From: Halocafeteria seosinensis
Lineage: Eukaryota
Reading direction: 5' to 3'
Length of the DNA stretch: 64,000 nucleotides
Assembly (NCBI GenBank): GCA_001687465.1
Contig: LVLI01000079.1
Coordinates: 62,001-126,000 of the forward strand
The notes below the pieces were generated by a model that did no database searches, was not told the origin of the DNA, and was given only the letters and a program-made list of their open reading frames with translations. The translations under genes and the position numbers were made by a program. This document shows, piece by piece, positions 39,583 through 51,964 of this stretch (its first letter is position 1; each line of letters begins with the position of its first letter).

Positions 39583-42500
39583 ATGCAGGGCACTAACGAG
39601 AGTGAGGATGACGATTGGGGTGATTTCTCCCTGTCCATGAGCGATACAGAGGAAGAGAATGAAGTGAATATAGCTCAAAGTGGTCATGGAATGTCCCCAC
39701 CAGCTACATCTAGCAGTAAGGAAGAGGAGTATGACCAGGAGAATCAGCGTCTTATGTCGCATGACCAAGATGACGAGGCATCGACAGCCATTGCAGAGGA
39801 GCGAAAAAGTTCGTCTTTGATGATTTTCGCAGTCGGGTTGTTCGTGGCGTTGCTGTTTTCGCTGGTACTTGGAGTGCTCTTCGGACACTCCCACGTTAAG
39901 AATTGGGTGAAGCCCTCGCACTCAGGGAATGCTGGACACAAACAGGAAGAGTTGACCCTGGTGGCCTGGTGTCACCCCAAGAAGGCTGAATTTCCAGTTT
40001 TTGCTCTTCGAAGAGCCCCGTCATTGAGTGACTTTGCGTCGGACGAGTTACTGCAAGCCATTGGGTTGGACGGCGCAAGAGGACAGTTTAAAGTTGTGGC
40101 ATACGAAAAGAGCGAGAGTCCCACTCGAAGATATCCCACAAAAATACAGGGAGTTAACAAGTCGGCGGACTGGAGGTTTGATAGGCTTAGTGACGACACA
40201 GGATACACACCGTCACCACACCACCATAGCATTCCGTGGCCAATGCCGATTGCCGTAAATTTCTCGCAGTGGACCACCTCTTTCTGCGAATCGACTTCTT
40301 GCAAGTTGGAGTCTAAGCGATTTTACGCCGACAACTTTTCTGTGAAGATTCCCCGGAAACAATATGAAGACTTGCATCAGACTGAAAGAAACATGGTGAA
40401 GTACATTGGTGGTAATATCTGTGGCGGCATCACCACTCCGAATGTGCAGTTGGTCGACCACAGCCAGCTCAACTTTCGAGAAGAGACGGATAGGCTCCTA
40501 TGTCGTCCAGCATCTGCGGTTCTACAGCTGGAAGCACTGGAGAGAGGAAGCTATGATTCGGCATTTTCTGGACCGTGTCACTTGTCTATCATGAATCCGA
40601 TAGGCAGTGTGGTTATAATGACAGATAAACTACAGGTGGATCCTGCACCAAGCCATATTCGGACTAGAGCAGAGAACGCTGCTGAGTTGGATATCGCCAC
40701 TGCACATAATGCTGTCAGGTCCTATATGAAACTAAAGAACAGCACGACAACTTGGACAGGAGGTAGTATTTGGCAACCGACAGAACCGCGTTGGCAGTGG
40801 CCGTATGAATCCACATTCCGTTTAAACTCTGCTGCACTCGTTGTCCCGGAATTGGGAATGGACGAGGAGTACTCATTAGAATTGTCTCATTCTCATGAAC
40901 AAGCAAGTGGTGATCCTTCCGTAATGCGCATCAATGCGGCCTCCATTTGGGGCCTTACAAGAGCATCATCCTCTATGAGGCAACTGTACCGGAACACTGA
41001 TGCGCTCATCGATTTTCCGGAGATAAGCGTGGTCGACTCACCCAGGTTTCCTTGGAGAGGAGTCAGTGTTGATACCGCACGACACTTTTTACCCGTACCG
41101 AAGCTGAAAGCCTTGATAGATTCTATGGCTATGAGCAAATTCAACACCCTCCACTGGCACTTAGTAGATTCCCAGTCATTCCCGCTGTTAGTTAGGTTGA
41201 CGCTGAATGTGACCGTCAAAGAATATGCCAATTTTTTCAACTGGGCGAGAGGATATATCTCACAACTTTACTCAGGAGAGAAGTGCCCGGCACAAACCTA
41301 CTCGATTCCAGCATCCAGCTTCGTGGATAGCCCACACCCTTTAGAAACAAATTTAACGCTTCAGGGCAACTTTACGGCTCCGTGGAGTCGGTCAAAAGTA
41401 TATAGTGAATCTTCTATCAATTATCTTGTTCGGTATGGCGCACTCCGCGGAATTCGTATCGTCCCAGAAATGGATGTCCCCAGTCACGCTGGAGGCTGGG
41501 GTTGCGCGTTCGCTAGATGGGCTCTTGAAGGCGTCTTGAACAGGGAACAGGAGCGAAACCCAAATGGATTTCCTTCGCTTTCCAACGGCAAATCCATAGA
41601 CGATGTATTACGCCAATTTGATGGAGTTCCATGTCCATATCGTTGCAATGGTCCTACGTTGTCCATAGTGTCCCCTTGCCACGGAACTGTCCGAAGCGAC
41701 GATTCTCTCCTGCATGGCATGAACAAATACGCCCTCGACCCTTCTCTTCGCATAACGTATGATGTTGTTCAGAAAATATTGGGCCGCGTGCAGGACCTAT
41801 TCCCGGACAAATGGATGCATTTGGGTGGGGATGAAGTTGCTCCAGAGTGTTGGGGCGGCGTTGATCATATCCACCAATGGGCACTACGCAAAAGGTTAGT
41901 CAATTATGATTCACTATAGAAGTCTGTTCTTACACCTTAATTATTGGTTTGCAGAGATACGACATCGCTACGATTTTTATGGAATTTTTTCACCAAGAGC
42001 ATCCTTAGCCATATCAGGAAGAATGCTATAGTTTGGCAGGATGCGTATGACGAATTGGGTGAACCTATTCAAAATCCACCCAAAGGTTTAGGGAAAACAG
42101 TTGCAGTCCAAACATGGAAATGTTGGGCCGGAATGGATACCAATGCGGCAATGAAAGCGGCCTCAAATTGGGAATCATCTAGAAGAGGAGTCATTCGCTC
42201 ATCGTGCTGGTACCTTGACTGGGAAACGAGCTGGCATCAAGTGTACAAGGATGATCCGTGGCCCCACTTTTCTGGGAGGATGCTTGAAGCGCCCCTCCTT
42301 GTTAATTCCCCTGCAGTATGGGGCGGAGAGGCAGCTATTTGGACTGAGCATATTGACTCTACTAACGTAGGATGTAAATCATTCCCACGATCAGCTGCTG
42401 TCGGAGAGCGTCTTTGGTCCTCTAGGCTACGGGTGACCACCAACGATACTTTACGTACGTGTGATGATGGCGTTTGCACATCCCGTGTCGAAGTATTGCG

Positions 42501-43860
42501 CGAGAGAGCAACAATGCAAAACAATATTTCTTATACTTTGGGTAGACTGTCGGTTTTCCGAGATCGTATCGATCGTGAGACAGAGTTGCGTCCATCTCGT
42601 ATGGTGCCTGCAAACGATAAGCACCACTCGAAGACATGCACAAAAGCAATATCGCAAGGCGTTCAGTGGGCACTACGGCCGCAGGATGTTCTCAACTATA
42701 CGTCGCTGTCAGAGAAGTTTCATTCACTCCCGTATGAGTATTACAGTCCGTCGTTCTCAGAGGGATTGCGGTCGTTTCACACCGTCATATCGTTCAACGT
42801 CGCAGACGGTGGACAAACCAAATTTCCTGCTCAAGTACTTGAACTGGGTAACGAATGTCAGGTTCCCGAAGGTAAAAGGATTATAAAGCCAAGACTCTGT
42901 GAGATCCTGTTATGGCTTAGACAACGGGAAGCCGATGTGGCAGCGCTCGTAGAGCTGAACAACTGGGACCAGGGCGAGGAAGATGTACCAGAAAAAGTCT
43001 TAGTCACGAAATACATGCAGGAAAATGCAGCGTTCGCCGGCTATGCACATTCCGTTCTTCTTCGTGCCAACGAAGGATACCATATGGGGGTTATGTCCAG
43101 ACAACCGATTCAGGTTTTATTTTACGATACCACCAATTTCGAACGAGGAGCACTGGTAGTAGAAATCGACAATATTGTGTATGTGGTTGCTCACCTCCAT
43201 GCCCACAGTTCCCAAGCCCGTCTAGAAGAATGCCGCGTGCTTGCAAAGGTGGTAACGGATATTTCGGCTTCAGGAAAGCCAATTCTAATGCTTGGGGACA
43301 TGAATACGCTCTCACCGAACGACCAAGCCTGGCATCAGCAAGCAGAAATATTGCCTTGGTTGAGGAAGAAGGCACCACGCCGGTTCTCTAAGAAACATGG
43401 TTACATACTTCAGTCTGGACTTGGCCTTCCCGAGGGCTGGAGTAAAGCCGTCTCCACCGACGATATTCCCGATATCTCTATCAATCATGACTCTGCGGAA
43501 AACGAGTTGAATAACGCTATAGCTAATCGCACCCTACTCGACTATCGCCCAATGCACGTACTTTTGGATTGTGGACTACAAGATCTATGCTCTTTGAAGA
43601 AATGGCCCGAAGAGTCCGCAGAAAGGGATATGGAGAAAAAAGCGCCGTCTCCATGTGACTATACAGAGCCAACGGATTACTCCTTGGTGGAGACAATCGA
43701 TGCAAGTGCTGTACCGCCTTTCCGCTTAGACTATGGCCTGGCGAACAATCCGCTGTTGGCGAAGTTTCCAGGTGCTGCATGCACGGTCGTACAAACGAGG
43801 AAGACAGCCCAACTATCTGATCATTACCCAATTGAATGCCGATGGAGGTACTTTGATTGA
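39583..43860 (+). CDS. Type II membrane GH20 beta-N-acetylhexosaminidase fused to a C-terminal EEP-family domain
   Basis: GH20: DSPRFPWRGVSVDTARHF, HWHLVDSQSFP, PEMDVPSHA, HLGGDEV, WYLD, GGEAAIWTE. EEP: ISFNV, LVE, AHL, GDMN, RLDY, SDHYPI. A 60-nt intron at 41895-41954 joins the two ORFs in frame. Confidence 0.9.
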
Positions 43861-43866
43861 TATGTA

Positions 43867-46800
43867 CTACCCTCTACTGCTCGCCTTCGCTGATATCCAC
43901 ATTTGCTTCAACATTTTCTCAGTGTCACCTTTGCTGTCGCTGTCTCTGCTGCTGAATATAGATCGGTTCGAAGGGCTTGAACTCCTGTCAAGCCTTTTCG
44001 GACTCTCCGTAGCCGGAGATTTTTTGGCAGCATGGTGTTCATGGAATGATTCGCCCATCCAATCAGCACGATAAGGGTATCCATGCTTCGCACTATATTC
44101 TCCTTCCGATACTTTATGCAGTTTACGTTGCTGTGGAGAATGCGCATGTGTCGGACTTGATACTCGCGTACCGCCGGAAATTTCTGCTCCAATATCATCG
44201 ACGGATGTTGTTAACGGGTTAGCGTCGTACACTGAGCGACAGTCGGCATCCCTAATCGCTTGAGATCTCGGACTCAGAGGGTTACGTTCACGGTATCTTT
44301 TCCACCTTTGTTGGCAATGTATCCATGACGCCGTATCATCTGCCACACATGGAAGATGGAAAAACAGTCTTTCGGAGACTACGGTGTCCCTGGATGCGAA
44401 ACTTACCAATGAAATCTACTAGCGACACGAGATCCGTCGGCATTAGATGCACGGGATAGGATAAAAGAGGATTTTCTCCTGCCGGAGTCTCACGTGTTTG
44501 CTGCGGCGGGGGCTTGCGGAAGTATTTGAATCTCTTCGGACTTGCGCCGTCGCTTCCGTTCAACTCCTTTCTGGCAGACTCGAGCTGTTCTCGGGACTTG
44601 TCTTCGGCCTTCAACTGCTTAATTCCATCCTTAAGCCAACCTGGTAGCTCATGAGAACCAACTTTCCCTATTTCCGTCTGCTTGCAAATTTGTTTTTGTG
44701 ACAGTAAACATATGAGCTAGTCCCGGTGGATTACTCACATCATTCTCGCCATAGTCTATAGTTTGTCTTGGCGGATGCAAGTGCATTTCTAACTCCTCCA
44801 CTGTTTTGGTAGCAGAAAGTATCTCTGGATTCATTAACTGGAGGTTCGAATTCCTCGTCCCGGATCTCAGCTGCGATCGAAAAGTACCATGTCTATTCTG
44901 GAGTGTTTGTACACTAGAGTGGTTGAACTTACATGTTTAGCTGCATTTTCACCATTAGTTACACTAGCGCCAGCGCGTAGGATCAATCCGCAATCTGTTT
45001 TGCCCAGTGCTGAATCTTTCATTTGTTTCCAGAAGCGCCCCTTATATTTGTTGTTACTGTGTAAGGGTAAACAGCTTTGTGAGCAACATCTATTTATTGA
45101 TGAGTTACATATACTTGTACCTGAACTGTGGGCGCAACCAGTCAACGGTCTCCGGAAACGCTTCCTCCACACCATTAGCAACAGTTTGTTCGGTGAACAA
45201 GCTTACGAGTTCTCTTTGAACTTTATACTTTGGTCTGCAGAAGTCGACGGGCTTCAGTTTGCCGCAGTCACAGAGGAAGTGTAGTGGCGTCCAGTGGCAA
45301 CTTACTTCTGTACGGGGATGTCCTTCGGATTCAGAGGGTTGATTCCTTCGAACCAAGCAGCAGGATTAATGAGAACAGGTTTGTCAGTTAGACGAGTGGA
45401 GTCCACCAAATACTGCTTGCCCTCTTTAGCAGTTTTTCTCCTCCTTACTACAGCCTTAGCAGCATCTGTGCCGACACTCCATGAATGCAGGCCTGAAAAC
45501 ACACGAAAATGCGATGTAAGCAGTCAGGCTAAGTTTCTCCAGAGATATACCGACGTACCTGTAAGCCAGTGCCGAATGTTTGAAGATTTTGGGACTAAGA
45601 TTGAAAATTTTGCACGTTCTCTGTTTTGTTCGTCTGCCTTAATAAGACCTATAAGTTCGCGGGTCTGGTTTACTCGTTTGCGAACGCGGTAATCCCGGAA
45701 ACAGCTTTGAATTTTGGCTGCCGATTCGTGCCTGTTGAAGAAGTTTCTATGTATCCGGTACGTGATGGCGCAAGGAGATAACAGAGTGGACGTACCTGCT
45801 CTCAAAGAAGGTATAAGGGATAACACGGATTTGATCTCCCTCAGGTTTTGTATGCGTCTCCGCATGAATTTTCTGAAGAGTTTCAAACGTTTCTTGTTGA
45901 AGCCTTAACTCATCGCCCTGGAGCCGTTGGATGTAAAGTGCTCGTCCATTGAAACTTTGCCTTACTTCCAAAATACTACCTTACCATCAACGACGCGATT
46001 ACTGAATCAGCAAGGTCCACAATGGCTGGTTTTTGGTGTGTTATCATGTCCGTATAATTAAACTGCATCGGTCGTACTATCCACCTGATAACTCTAGAGT
46101 ATAGCCGGTACCGGGAAGTTGTTACGTACCTGATATTCGATACTCCTACCGGTGTTAATGTTCACAATTTCTAAGCGGAAGTGAGATAGCCAGCGTAGAT
46201 CTCCCGAAACTTTTGCAATATCATAGGAAGTTCTCAAAGGAGGCGTCGTTTCCATGTAGTTCTTGACTTTGTCATGTTCATAGAGCTGACGTCTATAACG
46301 GAATTTCAAGCAGAAGCGAACCAGTTGTTTATCTACTTCTCTGTAACAAAAAGTGGCTAATATCACAGCGCTTAACAAGGCAATGCACGCGTTCAAGTGT
46401 GAATTACCTTTCAACAACAGCTAACGGGATCCAATCTGTATATCTCGCGAAACTCAGCAGAGGCGACCGGGGCCGTGTTAGCTGCGTGTTTCCTGCCTTT
46501 GTCTTATCGATAAACTGTTTACACTGCCTGGACTCAAATATTCTGGCCGAATCAAGAATTTTTTTGTCACTTGTCAACGACAGCAGTTCAGTAAGAGAGC
46601 ACACCCGGCTCTCAGTGTCTCGTGAATTGATACAATGTCTTTCTAAGATGAACCAATTTGGGTCAACAAGTGTGTGATATGGGGTCTCGGTGTTAGAACT
46701 AGTTCCGCTTTGCAACGCATAACTTAAATGTTGATCCCATGAAGATAACGTTTCCTCACAAAAATCTTTGAAAGCTTCTTTCATGCGATTAGCTAAGCTA

Positions 46801-48170
46801 CGATCTTCTTCCCAATCTAAACGTCCCTTCAATGTGTAGACGACATACTTGTCGCTTTCTTGCCTGTATGAACAGTTGAATGTGAGGAAACCAAATCAAA
46901 GCTCTCCAACTATGGAATAATAGGATCTGCTTACCTTAGAGAATTCACCAAAATTGTTGTCTTCACTGGTAGTGAATGGGCATGATCATACTTGCTGCTA
47001 ATATTCTCATTTTCGGAAGTCATTTTTTGTAGATAATCGTGGGAAATGCTAGCGGTAAAGTCATCCTGAAGCTTGTGGAGCCGATCTGGGTGGATACGGG
47101 TAACAATGGTGGCACCGGTATCAGCGTCTTTGCGTTCTAGTCTAAGCTCCGTCGTTAGTTTGTGGTTCGCTTTCAATCGAATTAGACTCTTCTTGTCACC
47201 GAGAACTCTAGAGGATTGATATAACAGGATTGACTTTTGTAAGACGTGAAAGCGGTTGTCGTTCTCTTCAGTTTGCGTCCCGGCATTTTTCCTTCTTACA
47301 AACGTCTGTGTTGCTCTGTGCGCATACGACTTGTTCAGGTGCTTATCAAGTTCTCCCACTTCTATTGAACTTCCGGGTAAGAATACATCACGTAACGTTG
47401 CTTGTCGCTTGGGAAGCAGCTCAGTAAGAGAGATATTTTCGGTTTGTACTCCCATTTCCTGCTCCGTCAACTGTTGTGGCTCATAACAGAAGGTATCCCT
47501 GAGAACTACCAACATTTTCACATTAACTTGGCGGCACTTACTCTGGCTTGAAGCTTTTCTGAAACCATGTACGGTGGAACGATCTTCTTACAGGAACAGC
47601 ATGATCCTAGAGTTCTCTGCGTACTAAAGGCAGCAATAGACGGTAGGCATGTATGACTTAAGAGCGATGTGTCCATACTTTGAACTTCTTCCAGCAGTTA
47701 TCCGGGAAACCATCATCCATCCCGTGCACATCTCTTGTCTCAACCCATCTGTACGCAGGCATTTTGCCTTTATATTTTGCGGCATCAGGCATCATTTTTA
47801 GGGGTAGTCCTGTTTGTTTGTACACCGTTTGCTATGTTCACTCCTGTTCTGGTCATGCACAACCGTGACGGAGCACAGAATTCGAGCGACAATCACTCAT
47901 ATAAATTGAACAATACTAATCTAGCTTCAAACAATAGAAGGACGTCATGGCAACTGATTCATGCATGAACGCACAATCACGATTCAAACAGGAAGCCGTT
48001 GCTTCCTGGTTGTGAATTTCCATATAGTTGAACTCCGTTGTGCCAAACAGTCGGTCGGGTGTATTGCAGTGACACAGCAGTGTACATGAATACATGGAGT
48101 TTCCTTCGAAGACAGATTACCATACAAGTACTGATCCTGAGGTTGGGGCTTCAAACATCCGGACAGGTCG
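43867..48170 (-). CDS. Large multi-exon hypothetical protein with an IQ motif
   Basis: Series of minus-strand ORFs bounded by splice signals; AAKIQSCFRDYRVRK. The 5' end and single-gene status are uncertain. Confidence 0.55.
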
Positions 48171-48318
48171 CATCGGCCAGTGGGAGTTATCGGCTGCTGC
48201 CTAATAGGCGTTATTTGCGTGAAGGGCTTCAGGATTGTGGACTTGACTAGCAAAGTACCGGTACGAGTGTAGCAGCAGTCGCTTATCGTTGGTTAGAAAA
48301 GAAAAGAGCGTCTCTATC

Positions 48319-50209
48319 ATGAAGAAACACACGAAACCGACCAATGAGGAAGCTACCCCTCCGGCAACAGATATCACCGAAGATGTGGAGGAGGAGGAGG
48401 ACAAGCCTTTCTTGAACCGCGATAAGGATACAACTCAGCCACAAGAGGAGCCATCAGACGAAGAAAGCCGCAAAATGGCGGCGACGCAAAACAAAATTAT
48501 GCAGAAGTTCTTTCCAGCGTACTTTGTGGCGATCTTGGCGGACTGGCTTCATGGGCCTTATTTGTACAATGTCTACGAAGAAAAGGGATATTCACATTCT
48601 CAGAGTATGTAGCATGACGTTAATCTGTGACGGCGTTGATGATGGTATCGATGTGCTTTTGAAACTTGCTGTCTGCAGTTGGTATGCTCTTCACTATTGG
48701 ATTTGCCAGTTCTGGCTTTTTTGGAATCATTGCCGGCAAGCTCGTAGACATGACCGGTAGAAGGAAAGGATGCATCGTCTTTTGCGTACTGTATGCTTTG
48801 AACTGCTTAATCATTCGCTCTGCCAACCTCTCTCTTTTGGCACTTGGGAGAGTGATTAGTGGAGTAGCTACGTCGTTACTGATGTCGGCTTTTGAGGGGT
48901 GGCTAACTTCTCATTGCGAAGAGGTGAGGGGATGCATAAGGAAGGCTAAATCTTACTTACCTATCGTTGTCAAGGGAGATGATACATGTCGCCTTGTCTA
49001 TGTGTGGTGCAGCAATTGGTTTCCTCGAAGCACCAGGGCAGGATCTTTGCTTTCATGGGTACCTTGAATAGCGCATCAGCCATCCTTGCAGGGGTTGTAG
49101 CTAATTACGTGAGTGCATCGATAACCCTGTTTGATATGTTTATTGTGTTCTTTATATCGATTTGTCTAACATGGTGCGCAGTTGGTACTTCTGGCGGGTT
49201 ACCAGGGACCGTTTGACGGCGCGGCCTTTATACTGATCGGCGGTCTTTTGTGGATCGTAAACATATGGGAAGAAAACAAGTTTGCTTCCAGTCAAGCCAA
49301 CATATACGATATAGCCGAACTCTGCAAGAAGATGTATCAGAGCATTGAAACCGTTCGAAACAGTAAGATTGTTGATACTCATCCTTCTCGCCCTGCGCAA
49401 CCAACGGATGCTCTACTGACACAGATCCGAGCATGGTGACACTGGGATTAGCGCAAGTAGTGTTTGAGACATCGATGTATATCTTTGTGTATGTCTGGGT
49501 TCCTGCTCTTCAGAATTGTGATACGAGCTTAAATGTAGGTGCCTGTCCCTGCGTGGGAAATCAGTCTCTGTTGTGTGATCGTTTATTTGAATGCCCGCTA
49601 CAGCTTTCGAATGGTTACATTTTTGCCATTTTGATGGTATTCATGACACTTGGATCCCAGGCAACAACATACCATCATGCAAATTCAGTCTCGAGCTTGG
49701 CGAAACGCGTTGTCTTCATTGGTAGCATGGGTGTAGTTCTCTTCGGCATTTCCATCTTCGTGAGCGACTGCACTCTCTTGCTGACCATGTTCTGCTTGTT
49801 TGAATTTTGTTGTGGTATCTTCTTCCCTACAATGGTGAGCACTTCTGATAATGTATTCTCACTTTTATGCAAACTGTTTAACTAGCTGTTTGCATTCTCA
49901 CAGGGGCATCTGAGGTCTTATATCGTTCCAGATGGGGACAAGGTGACGGTCATTAACATCTTCCGAACGGTCTTGAACATCAACGTGATTATCTTCTTGC
50001 TAGTGGTAAGAGGAATCGTTCTCGCATTGTGTTCATCGATAAGTTGTTTTCAATGGAACGTTTTGATCGTGGATATGCAGGGCTCTTCTGTGGCTATTAA
50101 ACAAGTCTTTGTGGCATGTTTGCTTCTCCAAGCAGTTGTAGTGTCTTGCGGCCTCCGTTTGATGTCTCAGCGTCCTGAAACTCAAGAAACTGCATCGTTG
50201 TCTGAATAA
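48319..50209 (+). CDS. MFS transporter, MFSD5/MOT2 (DUF791) family
   Basis: ADWLHGPYLYNVY, GRVISGVATSLLMSAFEGW, FETSMYIFVYVWVP, FEFCCGIFFP, INIFR. Confidence 0.9.
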
Positions 50210-50376
50210 ACACTCTACGCGTGAAAGACCATCGGCACCATAATGTACTTCTCCGTCACTGGTATCACTCCCTGCTTTGTGAAGCTCGTTCGTTAGGTCG
50301 TTCTTAGGTCAGAAGAAAGAGATATCTGCATGATATGATCTAGCCTCTTTGAGGTACAAATAGTACAAGGTGCAAC

Positions 50377-51596
50377 ATGCACCGAACTCGAGTAGTAGCG
50401 CGAGTAGTGTTGCAGAGGATGGGCAAAACGGCCCAACCGCCGCGTCACAGATACAGCCTCAGGAGCTGTAGTCATGCTTCGACCTTTCAGGAAGACGGCC
50501 GCAAGGGGGCTAGTACTACAGGCAGCACAGGTTCAAATGATAAGAAACGCCTCAGGGAATCAAGCACTCGCTCTTCTGAAACAAGAGCAGTTAAACGAGC
50601 AGCCCCCAATGGAATTAGTGAGAGCAAACTGAAACAAGTGACTTTGTCACGGAAGTACGAGGAGCGTGTTTGGAAGGCCGGCAAGGAGCTTGTAGCTGGA
50701 GTAGACGAAGCGGGTAGAGGTAGGTGAACATGGTATGATCTGTGTATTCGCTACGAAGCAGACTGTACCACAACGAAACTTGCAGGACCATTGGCAGGCC
50801 CTGTGGTGGCTGCAGCATGTGTGATTCCTCCCAGCGTTAAGATTGAAGGAGTTGGAGACAGTAAGATGCTGACAGAAAGCGAACGAGAACGGCTGTTTGC
50901 TTTACTTGTAGAGCATCCTGAAGTGGACTACTGCATTTCGATCGCTGACCACACGTTGATTGACGAAATCAACATTCTACAAGTATGTAGAGAAATATTG
51001 GTCGCCCACCATACCAGCTGTCCGACTCTTCCATGGATCCGTGGGTCATACAGGCAACGTTTGTGGCTATGACTCGAGCTATCGATGGACTGAAGAAAAA
51101 TCCTCATCATATTTTCATCGACGGCAACAAAGTACCGCCTACCTTGGAGGCGCGTTCAAAAGGAACTGAGTCGATCCCACAGCCAGGGTCCGCGTCACTA
51201 TGTATGCCGTGGAATACAACGGAGGAGCGCGGGGAGTCATCAGAAGGTAATAGTGAAGCTTCACCTTACAGTGTAGAAGCACTTGTGAAAGGAGATGGGA
51301 AGTGTTATAGCATCGCTGCCGCCTCTATCTTGGCCAAGGTTGCTCGAGATAAGCTGATGGCGGAGTACGATAGACAATTTCCTCAGTACAACTTGGCGAA
51401 ACATAAGGGCTATCCGACTGGAGACCATATGGCCGCAGTCAAAAAGCACGGGGCCAGCTCGATCCACCGGTACACTTATGCACCCATCAAGCATACGCTG
51501 GTTCGAGATCCTTCGTGGAAATCTCCACCAATTCCAGTGGAGTGCTTGGGCGCATTGAGGGTCCTTCAAACCAAAGCGTCGTATGAATCACATTAA
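50377..51596 (+). CDS. rnhB: Bacterial-type ribonuclease HII with N-terminal extension
   Basis: GVDEAGRG|PLAGPVVAAA, DSK, INILQAT, IDGN, VKGD..SIAAASILAKVARD, HKGYPT; two introns. Confidence 0.93.
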
Positions 51597-51964
51597 GAAG
51601 GGAAACGTCTTCTACCATCTGTCGCTTCGAACCTAATCCCTGCACACTGGCCCGTTCTTTCCTCGATGCGGTAGTTGCGCAATAGTCTGTCTTCTTTGGT
51701 GCCATGATAGTCTAATGGGGAAGACGTTAATGCAAGCGTTCGTACGTTTCCTACACGCCAAAGCTTTAGCTGAAGAGAATGCCTCCAATCCTATGGAAGC
51801 CACTTGAAATCCGTACTCTTCTCTTCCGCATGACTTCGACGATACGGTTGGTGAGGCGCCACCGACGAGTCATGCTTCTTCGCCGGAGTTGTCTTGAATA
51901 AACATTATTACAGATCCAGTGCGTGTCTGTCTTCAATCAGCCATGTCTTTTCTGATGCTTCCGT

